Numbered from the whole stretch's first letter, positions 1 to 10,225 are shown. The stretch is 60,488 bases of DNA, filler included, from 9 parts of 9 records of this genome joined end to end with filler, not necessarily neighbours in it; one strand, 5' to 3'. Numbers and translations: made by a program. Notes: a model not told the origin generated them from the letters alone.

Positions 1-140
1 CAGGGCAAGGCCCCCAGAGATCTTGTCTGTGGAATGTATTTGCCAATAAAAATGGCATGTCTGTCAATTTTGTTGGCTTCATGCAGGGCATTGCCGCCCA
101 TTTGGGCTTAAATATCCCGGGATTTATCGGTTTAAAGATC

Positions 141-156
141 TGGCATAATAATTGAA
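141..156 (+). promoter_or_regulatory. Possible sigma-54 (-24/-12) promoter
   Basis: TGGCATAATAATTGAA matches TGGCAC-N5-TTGC except GA for GC at -12; about 210 nt upstream of the first CDS. Confidence 0.35.
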
Positions 157-369
157 TAAGGTTGTGGGGTGAACAGCAAGGCCAGGTCCTTGCCAAGGAT
201 TTTTTAAAATATTGTGAAACCAGGGTTCAAAATGGTCAGAACCATTGCTTATTGTGTGAAAGTTTACTATAGCTAAAAGCGAAAGTTCTGATTCTACTAA
301 CAGCCTTGTCGCATACTAATAAAGAGGTATGATTCTCTTGATAGTTGAACCCAAAAACGCCCAGGGAAA

Positions 370-1524
370 ATGCTTATGAAAATAAAGGTCTGTCTGATCG
401 TCTTGACCGCCTTGGCCCTGATGCCCGTTCCCCGGTCTTTTTCAGGGACTAACCAGGATCTTCCTAAAAAAATACTGGCGATTCAGCACCAGGCCTTTGC
501 CCCTTACGAACGCTCTTTTCAAGGGTTTAAAAATGGGCTTGAAAACAGTGATTACTCAGCAAATATAGAGGTGGAGCGCTTTAATGCGAAAAATGATCTT
601 GAGGTACTTGAGGCCAAGTTCCTTGAAATAAGACAGGGAAAAGGTCCGGATTTGATTTTCACCGTAGGGACCCGGGCCACCCGGATGGCCATGGAGATGA
701 TCCATGATATCCCTATTGTTTTCACCGATCTGGGGGCACCCGAATATTCCGGTATAATTAAGGACTGGAAGAGTTCAGGCGCCAATCTTACCGGTGTGGA
801 GACCCCAAAATACCTTGGCAAGGGAATTGATCTGCTCCACCAGCTGATCCCCTTTAAAAGAATCGGCCTGATCTATCTTAAGGGGTCTCCCAGCCATGAG
901 GGTGCTGTGACCCAGATGACGTTGATTTCAAAAAATCTGGGAACAAGTTTCGTCTACGACGGGTTTTCCTTGACCGGCGCTGACGGCCAAAATTTATCCG
1001 ACCAACGAATTCGGGAATTGATCGCGGAAAAGCTTGGGCACCTGCTTCCCCGTGTTGACGTATTTTTTGTTCAGCCGTCTAAAACCTTTTTTGACCATTT
1101 TGATCTGTTTTTAAAGGGATTTAAAGAGCATAAGGTGCTGAGTGCAGGCGACCCCATCTATATAAAGCGGGGCATTGTTCTGGGCTTGGATCGAAGTAAA
1201 TTTGAGTTTGGCACCCAATGCGCCGACTATGCAATAAAGATTTTTAGGGGAACGCCTCCGGCCCAACTTCCCATGGATGTGGGGCAGCATTTTACCATCT
1301 CCTTTAACCTTAAAGCCGCTGCTTTTGTGGGCTTTAGACCGCCCATGGATCTTCTGGCGGCTGCAGATGCCATTTACCAGGATTTTGAGGGCATAAAAAT
1401 CAGTGACAATAGTGTGGATCTTCTGGATGAGTTCCAGCCTAAACTGAGGGTGGTGTCAGGGGCTCGGCCTGGGCAGGAGGAATGGGCAAAGGACAGCAAG
1501 TATTTCACCATCCTTGCCGAATGA
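370..1524 (+). CDS. ABC transporter substrate-binding protein (ABC_sub_bind-like, periplasmic binding protein fold)
   Basis: Signal peptide; family motifs PDLIFTVGTRA, IPIVFT, GANLTGVE, G..CADYAIKIFRGTPPAQLPM, FNLKAA. Confidence 0.8.
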   Translation: MLMKIKVCLIVLTALALMPVPRSFSGTNQDLPKKILAIQHQAFAPYERSFQGFKNGLENSDYSANIEVERFNAKNDLEVLEAKFLEIRQGKGPDLIFTVGTRATRMAMEMIHDIPIVFTDLGAPEYSGIIKDWKSSGANLTGVETPKYLGKGIDLLHQLIPFKRIGLIYLKGSPSHEGAVTQMTLISKNLGTSFVYDGFSLTGADGQNLSDQRIRELIAEKLGHLLPRVDVFFVQPSKTFFDHFDLFLKGFKEHKVLSAGDPIYIKRGIVLGLDRSKFEFGTQCADYAIKIFRGTPPAQLPMDVGQHFTISFNLKAAAFVGFRPPMDLLAAADAIYQDFEGIKISDNSVDLLDEFQPKLRVVSGARPGQEEWAKDSKYFTILAE

Positions 1525-1619
1525 TCCCATGGGACGTTTAAGTTGGTGTAACCATAATTTTTAACCAAAGTGGTTTCCGGTTGAGATACTCGGTAATCCT
1601 GCCGATAAGAAGGAATTCG

Positions 1620-2156
1620 ATGAGCTTGGGTTTTTATTTGAAAACGAACAGCAAAAAAGTGGCAGCCGTGTTGGCGGTCGCCATTATTTTACTTGTTCTT
1701 ATGAATCCCTTTAAAAAGGACAACAGCGCCTGGGATTTCTACGAGCAGATGGTGGCGGGATATGCAAAGATTAAAGGGGTTGAATTGTCAGAACTCGGGG
1801 ATGAACTCACGGTGGCGGTAGAAGGTAGAAAGGTCTGTTATGCCAATTTTTCCAATCTGTCCTCCCGCCTGAGCATATGCAGAAAGCAATATTTGTCAGA
1901 TATCCTTGGTCTTGCGCGTCAACATATCAAGTCCGCCCCCAGCCAGGGGAAATTTATGCTTTGCATTCGCGAATGCCCTCTGGCGTATTCCATGTGTCGG
2001 GGGACAAAGGAAAGCCCGGTGGATGCCAATGGGGAATGCACCGTGGAAGAGGTTCAATGTATTGAATCCTGTCTGGATATTTATTGGCGCGGAACCGACA
2101 ATTTCACCCCTAAACAAGTTATCTCCAGAATGCCTTCTAAAAGGTCTTATCAATGA
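1620..2156 (+). CDS. Hypothetical membrane-anchored Cys-rich exported protein
   Basis: ATG at 1620 after AAGAAGGA RBS; N-terminal hydrophobic helix; 8 Cys; stop overlaps next start (ATGA). Confidence 0.7.
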   Translation: MSLGFYLKTNSKKVAAVLAVAIILLVLMNPFKKDNSAWDFYEQMVAGYAKIKGVELSELGDELTVAVEGRKVCYANFSNLSSRLSICRKQYLSDILGLARQHIKSAPSQGKFMLCIRECPLAYSMCRGTKESPVDANGECTVEEVQCIESCLDIYWRGTDNFTPKQVISRMPSKRSYQ

Positions 2157-3228
2157 AGATTAAGCAATTCGTCAAAAATAATGCTGGCCTGATCATCACC
2201 GCTCTTTTGATTCTATTATGCCTTGTGCTTTTCTTTTGGGATATGATTTTTATCACCATTTATCCCGGACATGCCGGGGTGCTTTTCAAGCGGGTCTTCC
2301 AGCGGGGGACCGTGGTTGACAAGTCCTTTCCCGAGGGGCTGAATATTGTCTGGCCCTGGGATGAAATGTATATCTATAATGTAAGGATCCAGGAAAAAAA
2401 GCAGGTGGTCAACGTCTTGAGCCAGAATGGGTTGACCATACAGGTCAATGTGTCTGTCCGCTATTATCTTGACCAGGCCAGGCTCCCAAGGCTTCACCAG
2501 ATGGTCGGCCCGGATTACGAGCGAAAGATTATCACACCCTCGACCATTTCCTCGGTAAGAGAAGTGGTGGGCGAATATCTTCCCGAGCAGCTTTACACCA
2601 CTGAGCGGTACCTGATTCAGGATAAGCTTCTCATCGAAGTGATTGAGGAGACCGGACGCATTCCCATTATCTATGATGCCCTGATTGTGGAAAATATTAA
2701 ATTGCCGGAACTGATCAACAGGGCCATTGAGGCCAAGTTAAACCAGCAGCAGCAATTTTTGGAGTACCAGTACAAGATTCAGCAGGCCGAAGCCGAGGTG
2801 ATCCGCAAAAAGAATGAAGCCATCGGCATTCGCCAATACCAAAATATTGTGTCCGAAAGCCTTTCTCCCGAACTTTTGAGGTGGAAAGGGATTATGGCCA
2901 CCCTTGAACTTGCCAAATCCCCCAACAGCAAAGTTATTGTTGTGGGCGGCGGCGAGGGGGGCTGCCCATCATCTTTAATGCAGAAGGGACTTTGAACTCA
3001 TCTGCTGCCCCGGCAGAAGCGCCCCGGGCAAAGACGGCTCCGACAATGGCGTCGGGTTCGGAGTCTGATCGCCAGATCTCCTTATCAGACCGGTTAGGGG
3101 CACAGACTGATCTGTCTTTGCCAGAGGACTCTGAAACCACCCGGGAAAAATCAACGCCTGTCCCAAACGACAACAAGGTTGGCCCGGACCTAAAGAATAA
3201 ACCGGCCGGTTCTGAACCGGTTCAGTGA
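2153..3228 (+). CDS. SPFH/prohibitin (Band 7) family protein, split by a 1-nt frameshift at the G-run 2956-2961
   Basis: TM anchor, GHAGVLFKR, EGLNIVWPWD, coiled coil, LRWKGIMATLELAKSPNSKVIVVG; adding one G restores GGLPIIFN and joins ORF 2992-3228. Confidence 0.85.
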
Positions 3229-3241
3229 ACGGAGGAAAGAT

Positions 3242-3424
3242 ATGTTAGGGGCACTTTTTATCATTGTTATACTCAGCGCGATCATAGCCTTGATGGGGAT
3301 AAACCGGAAGTTGGGATTCTGGGGGTATTTTTTCGCATCAATGCTATTAAGTCCTCTTATCGGGCTTTTTTTAGTACTGGCATCGGACCCGCGGCCACGA
3401 CCTGACGCGGATGACAAGGCCTGA
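3242..3424 (+). CDS. Small 60-aa two-helix membrane protein
   Basis: GGAGG RBS; two hydrophobic segments around GINRKLGFWGYFFAS..LSPLIG. Confidence 0.7.
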   Translation: MLGALFIIVILSAIIALMGINRKLGFWGYFFASMLLSPLIGLFLVLASDPRPRPDADDKA

Positions 3425-3555
3425 CGGCCAAAAAACCCAAAAAGAAGGGGCAACCCTTCACAATGACTATGGTGAATGAGGCAGGGGCAGAATGTATTTT
3501 CCGGGAAGCATCGGTGCTGCCCTAAATATCCAAGAGTAAAAAAAGGAGAATTCTT

Positions 3556-4092
3556 ATGGTAGTAAAAGCCGAAGAAAAAGCCGAAGCAAAAGCTGAGGCC
3601 AAAAAAACTGAAGAAACAGTGGAAGAAAGTGTTGTGGAAATTGACAAGTACACCGAAGGCAAACGGATGGTTAAGAACCGTGTGATTGCTTCTGTGGGAC
3701 TGGGCCTGGTTCCCATGCCCCTGGTTGATGTGATCGGCCTGACCTCCATCCAGCTGGAAATGGTCGCAAGGCTGGCCAAGCTGTATGATGTGCCTTTTCG
3801 CAAAAACGTTGGAAAATCCATTATCGCAAGCTTGGTTGGCGGGGTGCTTCCGGTCTCCATGACCCCGGGGATCTTTTCCCTGCTCAAGGCCATACCCGTG
3901 ATCGGGTGGACTGCAGGGGCCATGACCGTCTCTGTTCTTGGCGGTGCCACGACCTATGCCATTGGCAGGGTTTTTATCCAGCATTTTGAAGCTGGCGGAA
4001 CCCTTCTGGACTTTGATCCTGAAAAAATGAAGGAATACTTTGCCGAGAAGTTCGAAGAAGGCAAAAAGGTGGCTGCCGAAGCCAAGAAGTAA
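3556..4092 (+). CDS. DUF697/YcjF-family membrane-associated protein
   Basis: AAGGAG RBS; GLVPMPLVD...IQLEMV..LAKLYDVPF, KAIPVIG, ATTYAIGRVFIQHFEAGG. Confidence 0.85.
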   Translation: MVVKAEEKAEAKAEAKKTEETVEESVVEIDKYTEGKRMVKNRVIASVGLGLVPMPLVDVIGLTSIQLEMVARLAKLYDVPFRKNVGKSIIASLVGGVLPVSMTPGIFSLLKAIPVIGWTAGAMTVSVLGGATTYAIGRVFIQHFEAGGTLLDFDPEKMKEYFAEKFEEGKKVAAEAKK

Positions 4093-4113
4093 GCGGTTGC
4101 AGGGCATTATCGG

Positions 4114-4157
4114 GGCGGCTGGCCGGAGCCTGTCATCGGCCAGCCGTCTTCTTTTTA
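4114..4157 (+). terminator. Rho-independent terminator/attenuator after DUF697
   Basis: GGCGGCTGGCCG / CGGCCAGCCGTC stem followed by TTCTTTTT. Confidence 0.65.
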
Positions 4158-4200
4158 AGGCGGCCTAACCCAGGCGGCCTGCTTTTAAGGTGACGCATAA

Positions 4201-5839
4201 ATGAGTTTCCAGACGATTAAACTTCTCATCTCGTTTTTTAGTAAATTTTCCGGGGCGCCAAAGGTGAAAATTGCCCTTTTCAGCCTTATCTCGGGAATCA
4301 CTTATGCCCTGGCCCTGGCGGCTATTAATGGTACGATTCAACACGTTTCCGCCGGGAACGATACCTTGAAAGTTAATCTTCTCATTCTTTTTCTTGCCTC
4401 TTGTCTGATCCATGTGTTTTTCAAAAGGCGCTCCGTAAATATGGGGACAATGGCTGCGGAGAATGTCATACGAAATATTAAAGTGGATATCACAGGAAAA
4501 ATTCGCAACAATGAACTTTCCTTTATCGAAACACTGGGCAAGGGAACCCTTTACACCCGCCTGACCGAGAGCACTGACACCATCTCCCCAGGGGGCCCCT
4601 CCCTTGTTTTTGATTCTGGAGTCTGCATTCTCCCTTGTGGCCCTGTTGTGCTATGTTGCCTATCTTTCGGTTACAGCCCTCGGGATGATTCTCATTGTCG
4701 GTTTCGTGATGTGTTTTTCCTATTCAAAATATGTTGCCTCAGCCACAGAAAAGCTTAATCAGTCCGATGTCAAAGAGGGGCAGCTTTTTGACGCAGTTAA
4801 CGATATCCTGTACGGATTTAAGGAAATTCGACTAAACCATAAAAAAAACAAGGGTCTTTTTGCAGATCTCCAAGCCCTGTCCGATGAAGCAACAACCTGG
4901 AAAAGCCTGGCATCCAAAGCCCTTGATGCCAATATGATTTTAATGATGTCCTCTTATTTTATTATCGTAATGGCTACGATTTTTATTCTGCCGATTCTTG
5001 GGGTGACGGAAAAAGAGACCCTTACCTCTCTTGTCTCTTCCATGCTCTTTCTCTGGGGACCCATTGTCATGATTTTCATTCTTTCCAGGCAGTTTACCAT
5101 GCTTGTGGTGGCTGTGGAGCAGGTGAATGAACTTGATGCGATGTTTGGAGATATTCAGCCTGACTATACCGACGAACCTGCCATGCCGCCGGCATTTGAC
5201 CAGATCCGGTTTAATGGGGTTGAATATTGCTATAAAAGCCAGGACAAGGAGCCCTTATTCAAGGTCGGGCCCATTGATTTTTCTGTCAAAAGGGGGGAGG
5301 TGGTTTTTATCACCGGTGGAAACGGAAGTGGAAAATCCACCCTGATGAAGCTTTTAACCGGGTTGTATTACCCCGAGTCCTCGGGTGGCATTTCTCTGGG
5401 AGACAAGGGCTTGACCCGTGAGACTTATCCGGCCTACAGGGAGTTGTTCTCCACCATTTTTACCGATTTTCATATTTTTGAAAAATTGTACGGCCTCGGG
5501 CACATTGAAGGGGGCAAAGTCAACGAATTGCTTTACCAGATGGAGATTGACCACAAGACAAGCTATGCCAAGGGCAGGTTCACCAATATTCGACTGTCAA
5601 CCGGACAGCGGAAAAGAATTGCCTATATCTCGGCCGCCCTTGAGGAAAAGCCGGTATATGTATTTGATGAGTGGGCTGCGGATCAGGATCCCGAGTTTAG
5701 ACAAAAATTTTATACGGTTTTTCTAAATGATATGCGCGCCATTGGGAAGACGGTGATTGCCGTCTCCCACGATGATCAATATTTCCATACTGCGGACCGG
5801 GTTGTTAAAATGGATGAAGGGAAAATCGTGGCATCATGA
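4201..5839 (+). CDS. Cyclic-peptide export ABC transporter (SyrD/PvdE/YojI family), frameshift near 4586-4589
   Basis: TMD + NBD; GGNGSGKST, LSTGQRKR, DEWAADQDP; removing one C gives ...TISQGAPPLFLILES and fuses ORFs 4201-4758 and 4604-5839. Confidence 0.88.
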
Positions 5840-7455
5840 AAGAGATTCCAGAATTTATAGACCGGCATACCCAGGCACCGAAAAAATCCATCCTTGCCCA
5901 TGCCGCCATTGCAGGCGTTACCTATGCACTGATTCTGAAAACGGTAAATGACTGCATCTCAGGAGAAGAGGTCGCCTCGGACCCCATGCATTTTTTAATG
6001 ATTTTTATGATGGCTGTCTTGCACATCCATTCCAAAAAAATCTATATGAACCTGACCTCTGCTGCCACAGGAGATCTTGTCAGCAATGTGCGAATGGGGA
6101 TACTAGAAAAAATTCGTTTCACCGAATTGCGGTTCATAGAAAATACCGGAAAGAGTGAAATCTTTAACCGGCTGACCGAGGACCCAGGCGTTCTCTTCCG
6201 GACGCTGCCCACCTTGATTATGGCTGGTGAAGGCATTGTCTCCTTTATCTCTATTTTTATTTATATGATGTTTATCTCCTTTAAGGGGGCCTTGCTCACC
6301 CTTGGCCTTCTGGCCGTGGCCGGGGTGGCGTATTCCCTGTCATTTATTCCGGTTAAAAAGAAGATTACCCAGGCAAAAATCAAGGAGGTGGAGCTTCTTG
6401 ACCGGCTCAACGATGTCCTGGCCGGATTCAAGGAAATCAAGATCAATCGGGAAAAAAATGAGGACCTCTACAGGGATTACACGGCTGTGGCAAAAGAGGT
6501 TGAACAACTCAAAAGCCAGGCCATGATAAAGTTCAATGACACCTTTTTATTGATCAATATTTCCTTTTTATGTCTCATCGGCGTGATTGTTTTTCTGCTC
6601 CCCCTGGTGGATGTGATTGAAAGCGACCACGTGGTGGGTCTGGCTTCATCCCTGCTCTTTCTCTGGGGACCCATGATGATGGGCATCAGTGTCATGCCCC
6701 AGGTCCTTCTTGTCTCTGTTGCCATTGGCAATCTTGATAAGCTTGATACCCTCATTGACGAGTTTGAGTTGAATGTTCCCCAAACCGAACCCGCATCCCC
6801 TGAGTTTGAATCCATTGCCCTTAAATCCGTTGAGTTTCACTATCCAGGCGCAAATAAAGACGTTTTTTTTCAAATGGGGCCGGTGGATGTCACCTTTAAA
6901 AAAGGTGAGGTGGTGTATATCATCGGTGGGAACGGCAGCGGCAAATCAACGCTCATGAAGTTGATCACAGGCCTGTATTACCCCAATCAGGGCAGCATCT
7001 GCCTGGACAACCAGGCCTTGTCCCGGGATGATCTGTCTGATTTTCGGGAGCTTTTTTCCACGGTGTTTACCGATTTTTATATATTTAAAAAGCTCTACGG
7101 GTTGGAACAGATCGATGCCGGCAAGGTCAACAGCCTGTTGGACAAAATGGGGCTTGGGAAAAAGACCCGGTATGCAGATGAAAAATTTACCCATACCAGC
7201 CTTTCCACAGGCCAGCGAAAACGCCTGGCCTATATCAGCTGTCTGCTTGAAGACAAGCCGGTTTATGTCTTTGACGAATGGGCAGCAGATCAGGATCCGG
7301 AGTTCAGAAAACGATTCTATACCACCTATATTAACGATATGCGGACCCTGGGCAAAACCGTGGTGGCCGTATCCCATGATGACCGGTATTTTGATACGGC
7401 AGACAGGGTCATAAAAATGGCGGAGGGAAAAATAGTTTCAGATACCCGAACATAA
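5836..7455 (+). CDS. Second cyclic-peptide export ABC transporter (SyrD/PvdE/YojI family)
   Basis: GGNGSGKST, LSTGQRKR, DEWAADQDPEFR, VSHDD; paralogous to the upstream gene; ATGA overlap. Confidence 0.92.
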   Translation: MKEIPEFIDRHTQAPKKSILAHAAIAGVTYALILKTVNDCISGEEVASDPMHFLMIFMMAVLHIHSKKIYMNLTSAATGDLVSNVRMGILEKIRFTELRFIENTGKSEIFNRLTEDPGVLFRTLPTLIMAGEGIVSFISIFIYMMFISFKGALLTLGLLAVAGVAYSLSFIPVKKKITQAKIKEVELLDRLNDVLAGFKEIKINREKNEDLYRDYTAVAKEVEQLKSQAMIKFNDTFLLINISFLCLIGVIVFLLPLVDVIESDHVVGLASSLLFLWGPMMMGISVMPQVLLVSVAIGNLDKLDTLIDEFELNVPQTEPASPEFESIALKSVEFHYPGANKDVFFQMGPVDVTFKKGEVVYIIGGNGSGKSTLMKLITGLYYPNQGSICLDNQALSRDDLSDFRELFSTVFTDFYIFKKLYGLEQIDAGKVNSLLDKMGLGKKTRYADEKFTHTSLSTGQRKRLAYISCLLEDKPVYVFDEWAADQDPEFRKRFYTTYINDMRTLGKTVVAVSHDDRYFDTADRVIKMAEGKIVSDTRT

Positions 7456-7615
7456 AAATCCGGATAACCCCGGGTTTAGGCGCAGAAACAAGGTGGTTGT
7501 CACGCCCCCTTTTGGGCATGGAATCCCATTGATCCCCCCGCTGTTGCCTCACCTCAGATTACCAGTATTCCGTGAACCCACTTTGAACAATTCAGGAGAA
7601 TAACAGGGAGAAAAA

Positions 7616-8844
7616 ATGTCATCCGAATCCAAATCCAAGAAAACCGACATCGCAATTATCGGTATGGCATGCAGGTTTCCCGGAGCGGACAATTATACTG
7701 CCTTTGGAAAAAATTTAGAAAATGGTATCAACGCCATTAAAGAGGTACCGCCTGAGCGCTGGCAAATGCACAGGCATTACTCTCCGGACCCGGACGCCCC
7801 CAATAAGAGTGTGAGTAAATGGTACGGACTGATTGAGGGGGCAGATCAGTTTGATAACCGGTTTTTCAATATTTCTCCGGCAGAGGCCCGGGCCATGGAT
7901 CCCCAGCAGCGGCTCCTTTTGGAGGAGGTCTGGCATTGCATTGAGGATGCCGGGGTACCCTTGGAAGACCTCCAGAAAAAGACAACAGATGTCTACGTGG
8001 GAACCGCAGACTGGGATTATATCATCCGGTCCCTGGCAGAGGATGTGAATCTTCATACCATGCTGGGAAACCACAGCAGTCTGCTGGCAAACAGGATTTC
8101 CTATGTCATGGGGTTGAGAGGGACCAGCCTGACCATGGATACGGCCTGCTCCTCCTCTTTATTTGCCGCAGATAAAGCCTGGCAGGCCCTTTTATCCTCC
8201 AATGCGGATTATGCTTTGGTGGCCAGCGCCTGTATTCATTCCCACCCCCTCAAGTATATCGGTTTTTCAAAGGGACATATCATCAGCCCCCAGGGTCAGT
8301 GTAAAGCCTTTGACAAGGATGCCGACGGGTTTGTCCTGGGTGATGGTGTCGGGGTGCTGCTTTTGCAGCGGCTTGAGGATGCCCTTAAGGGTAAAAGGCA
8401 TATCCACGGGGTTCTCAAAGGGGTGGCCACCAATCACAGCGGACACGGCAGCACCATTACCACCCCCCAGGTTTCGGCCCAGGCCGAGGTTCTCGCAGCC
8501 GCCTATGACAAGGCCGGCCTGCCCCCTGAGTCAGTCAGCTATATTGAGGCCCACGGAACCGGCACCCTTGTCGGGGACCCCATTGAAGTGGCTGCGCTGA
8601 CCCGGGTGTTCGGGCAGAAGGTCGGTAAAAACCAACGCTGCTACCTTGGGTCTGCCAAGACCAACATCGGTCATACCGGCGGGACTGCAGCCATGGCCGG
8701 GATTATCAAGGTCCTGACCATGATGCAATCCAAAAAAATGGTGCCCAGTCTCCACTTTAACACCCCCAATCCTGTGATTGACTTTAAGGCATCCCCCTTT
8801 AAAGTGCCCACAAAATTGTCCCCCTGGACCTCGCCGGATAAAAA
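7616..8844 (+). CDS. Type I polyketide synthase, N-terminal ketosynthase domain (truncated by contig end)
   Basis: DIAIIGMACRFPGA, MDPQQRLLLE, DTACSSS, EAHGTGT..GDPIE, KTNIGH: intact Cys-His-His triad. Confidence 0.95.
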
Positions 8845-8944
8845 NNNNNNNNNNNNNNNNNNNNNNNNNNNNNNNNNNNNNNNNNNNNTTAATTAATTAA
8901 NNNNNNNNNNNNNNNNNNNNNNNNNNNNNNNNNNNNNNNNNNNN
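8845..8944. other. Artificial contig linker (N-run with TTAATTAATTAA); identical linkers at 15875-15974, 22203-22302, 28585-28684, 35679-35778, 42091-42190, 47915-48014, 54644-54743
   Basis: 100-nt spacers with stops in all six frames; composition and gene content change abruptly across each. Confidence 0.98.
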
Positions 8945-9306
8945 AAAAATGTATCCAAAGTCATACGACCAAACCATATAAGCACACCAATTAGACCAAT
9001 TGGAACTGCAATAGCAAGAGCAGCTTCTGTTTCTAAGCTGGATGTAATTGCTAGTGCTGTACCCAAGATACCTGCTAAACAAGGGTCACCAGGCAAAGCT
9101 CCTCCTGCTGAAATAAATCCGATATACATAAGATTTATTGTGCCCCCTACAATAGTTCCAGTTACTGGGTCTCCTAAAACCAAACCTGCTAAAAATCCTG
9201 CAACCAACGGGCGGTAGATAGTATAGTACCCTACTGGACCCGCTACTACTGAACTATTACCAAGGTAATAAATGATACCGAGTAATATCGCTTGTAAAAT
9301 TGTCAT
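8945..9306 (-). CDS. PTS mannose/fructose/sorbose family IIC (3' truncated)
   Basis: RPLVAGFLAGLVLGDPVTGTIVGGTINLMYIG...GGALPGD; AIAVPIG. Confidence 0.9.
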
Positions 9307-9338
9307 TTTGATATCTATCCCTTTCTAAAAAAATAATA

Positions 9339-9821
9339 TTATTTATGCGTTAATTTTCTGATGTTTACAGGTCTCTCATCAGGAACCATTTGAGCTTGAA
9401 TTGTTGACCCATTATCAATGATGCTCTTCATGCAAGCAACCTCATCGACACTTGCATAAATGTTTTTATGAAATTTCTTTCTCCCCGCTCTTTGTCCCAT
9501 TCCACCTAAAACAATAGTCTCAATCACAACGCCAGCGTCAATCAGTGCTTGCAACGGTTGAGGCGTTTTGGTTAAAATAATGATATTTTCTCCTTTTACA
9601 GCATCTTCTTTTAAAACTTTCGCTGCACCTTCTACCGAATAAACTTCTACCAATATGCCTGATGGCGCCGCTGTTTTTAGAATCCTCTGCATGAAAGCAT
9701 CTTTAACCAACTTCTCGTCTACGATAATGATTCGATTTCCATCAGTTTGTTTCACCCATGCGGTTACAACTTGACCGTGAATCAAACGATCATCAATCCT
9801 TGTCAAAACTACATTCCTCAT
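9339..9821 (-). CDS. PTS mannose family IIB
   Basis: RIDDRLIHGQV signature with phospho-His. Confidence 0.95.
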   Translation of the reverse strand: MRNVVLTRIDDRLIHGQVVTAWVKQTDGNRIIIVDEKLVKDAFMQRILKTAAPSGILVEVYSVEGAAKVLKEDAVKGENIIILTKTPQPLQALIDAGVVIETIVLGGMGQRAGRKKFHKNIYASVDEVACMKSIIDNGSTIQAQMVPDERPVNIRKLTHK

Positions 9822-10225
9822 TCTCTCACCTCCTTCATCAGTTCATTAACATCTACAATTGTCGATTTTCCTTGGTCGACAATGTTTTTACAAAGTTCTT
9901 CTACTGTGGAAAACTCACGAACACTTAAGATTTCAAGAAGTGTCGGTAAATTTACGCCAGCAATATGTTGAAACTCTATCTCTGCCATTGCTGCAGCTGT
10001 GACATTAAATGGGCTACCAGACACCATATCTGTTAAAACCAGCACATCTAAATTTTCTTTTGCTTTAGCAATAGCGTTATATACTTGCTCTCTCAACATA
10101 TCAACATCTTCTCCTGGATGTAGTCCAAATGTTGTGATATGATCCTGCTCACCTATAATCATCTCTGCGCTACCAAGCATTGCTTTTGCATAATCACCAT
10201 GTGATACCATAATAATTTCAAACAT
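9818..10225 (-). CDS. PTS mannose family IIA
   Basis: IIMVSHG, LTDMVSGSPFN, AGVNLP; likely ATG at 10225. Confidence 0.93.
   Translation of the reverse strand: MFEIIMVSHGDYAKAMLGSAEMIIGEQDHITTFGLHPGEDVDMLREQVYNAIAKAKENLDVLVLTDMVSGSPFNVTAAAMAEIEFQHIAGVNLPTLLEILSVREFSTVEELCKNIVDQGKSTIVDVNELMKEVRE

Noticed and set aside
1601-1608. GCCGATAA as a sigma-28 -10 box
   Set aside because: There is no TAAA at the correct spacing, and it lies too close to the RBS.
3190-4107. 305-aa minus-strand ORF
   Set aside because: It is the antisense shadow of DUF697 and the small membrane protein.
2956-4605. Programmed frameshifting or phase variation in the SPFH and ABC genes
   Set aside because: The runs are short and the same error type appears in unrelated contigs, so sequencing error is the simpler explanation.
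8845-8944. Recurring TTAATTAATTAA within N-runs as a biological repeat
   Set aside because: It is an artificial all-frame-stop linker. Any apparent neighbourhood across linkers (e.g. PKS with PTS, or eukaryotic genes inside a bacterial genome as HGT) is meaningless.
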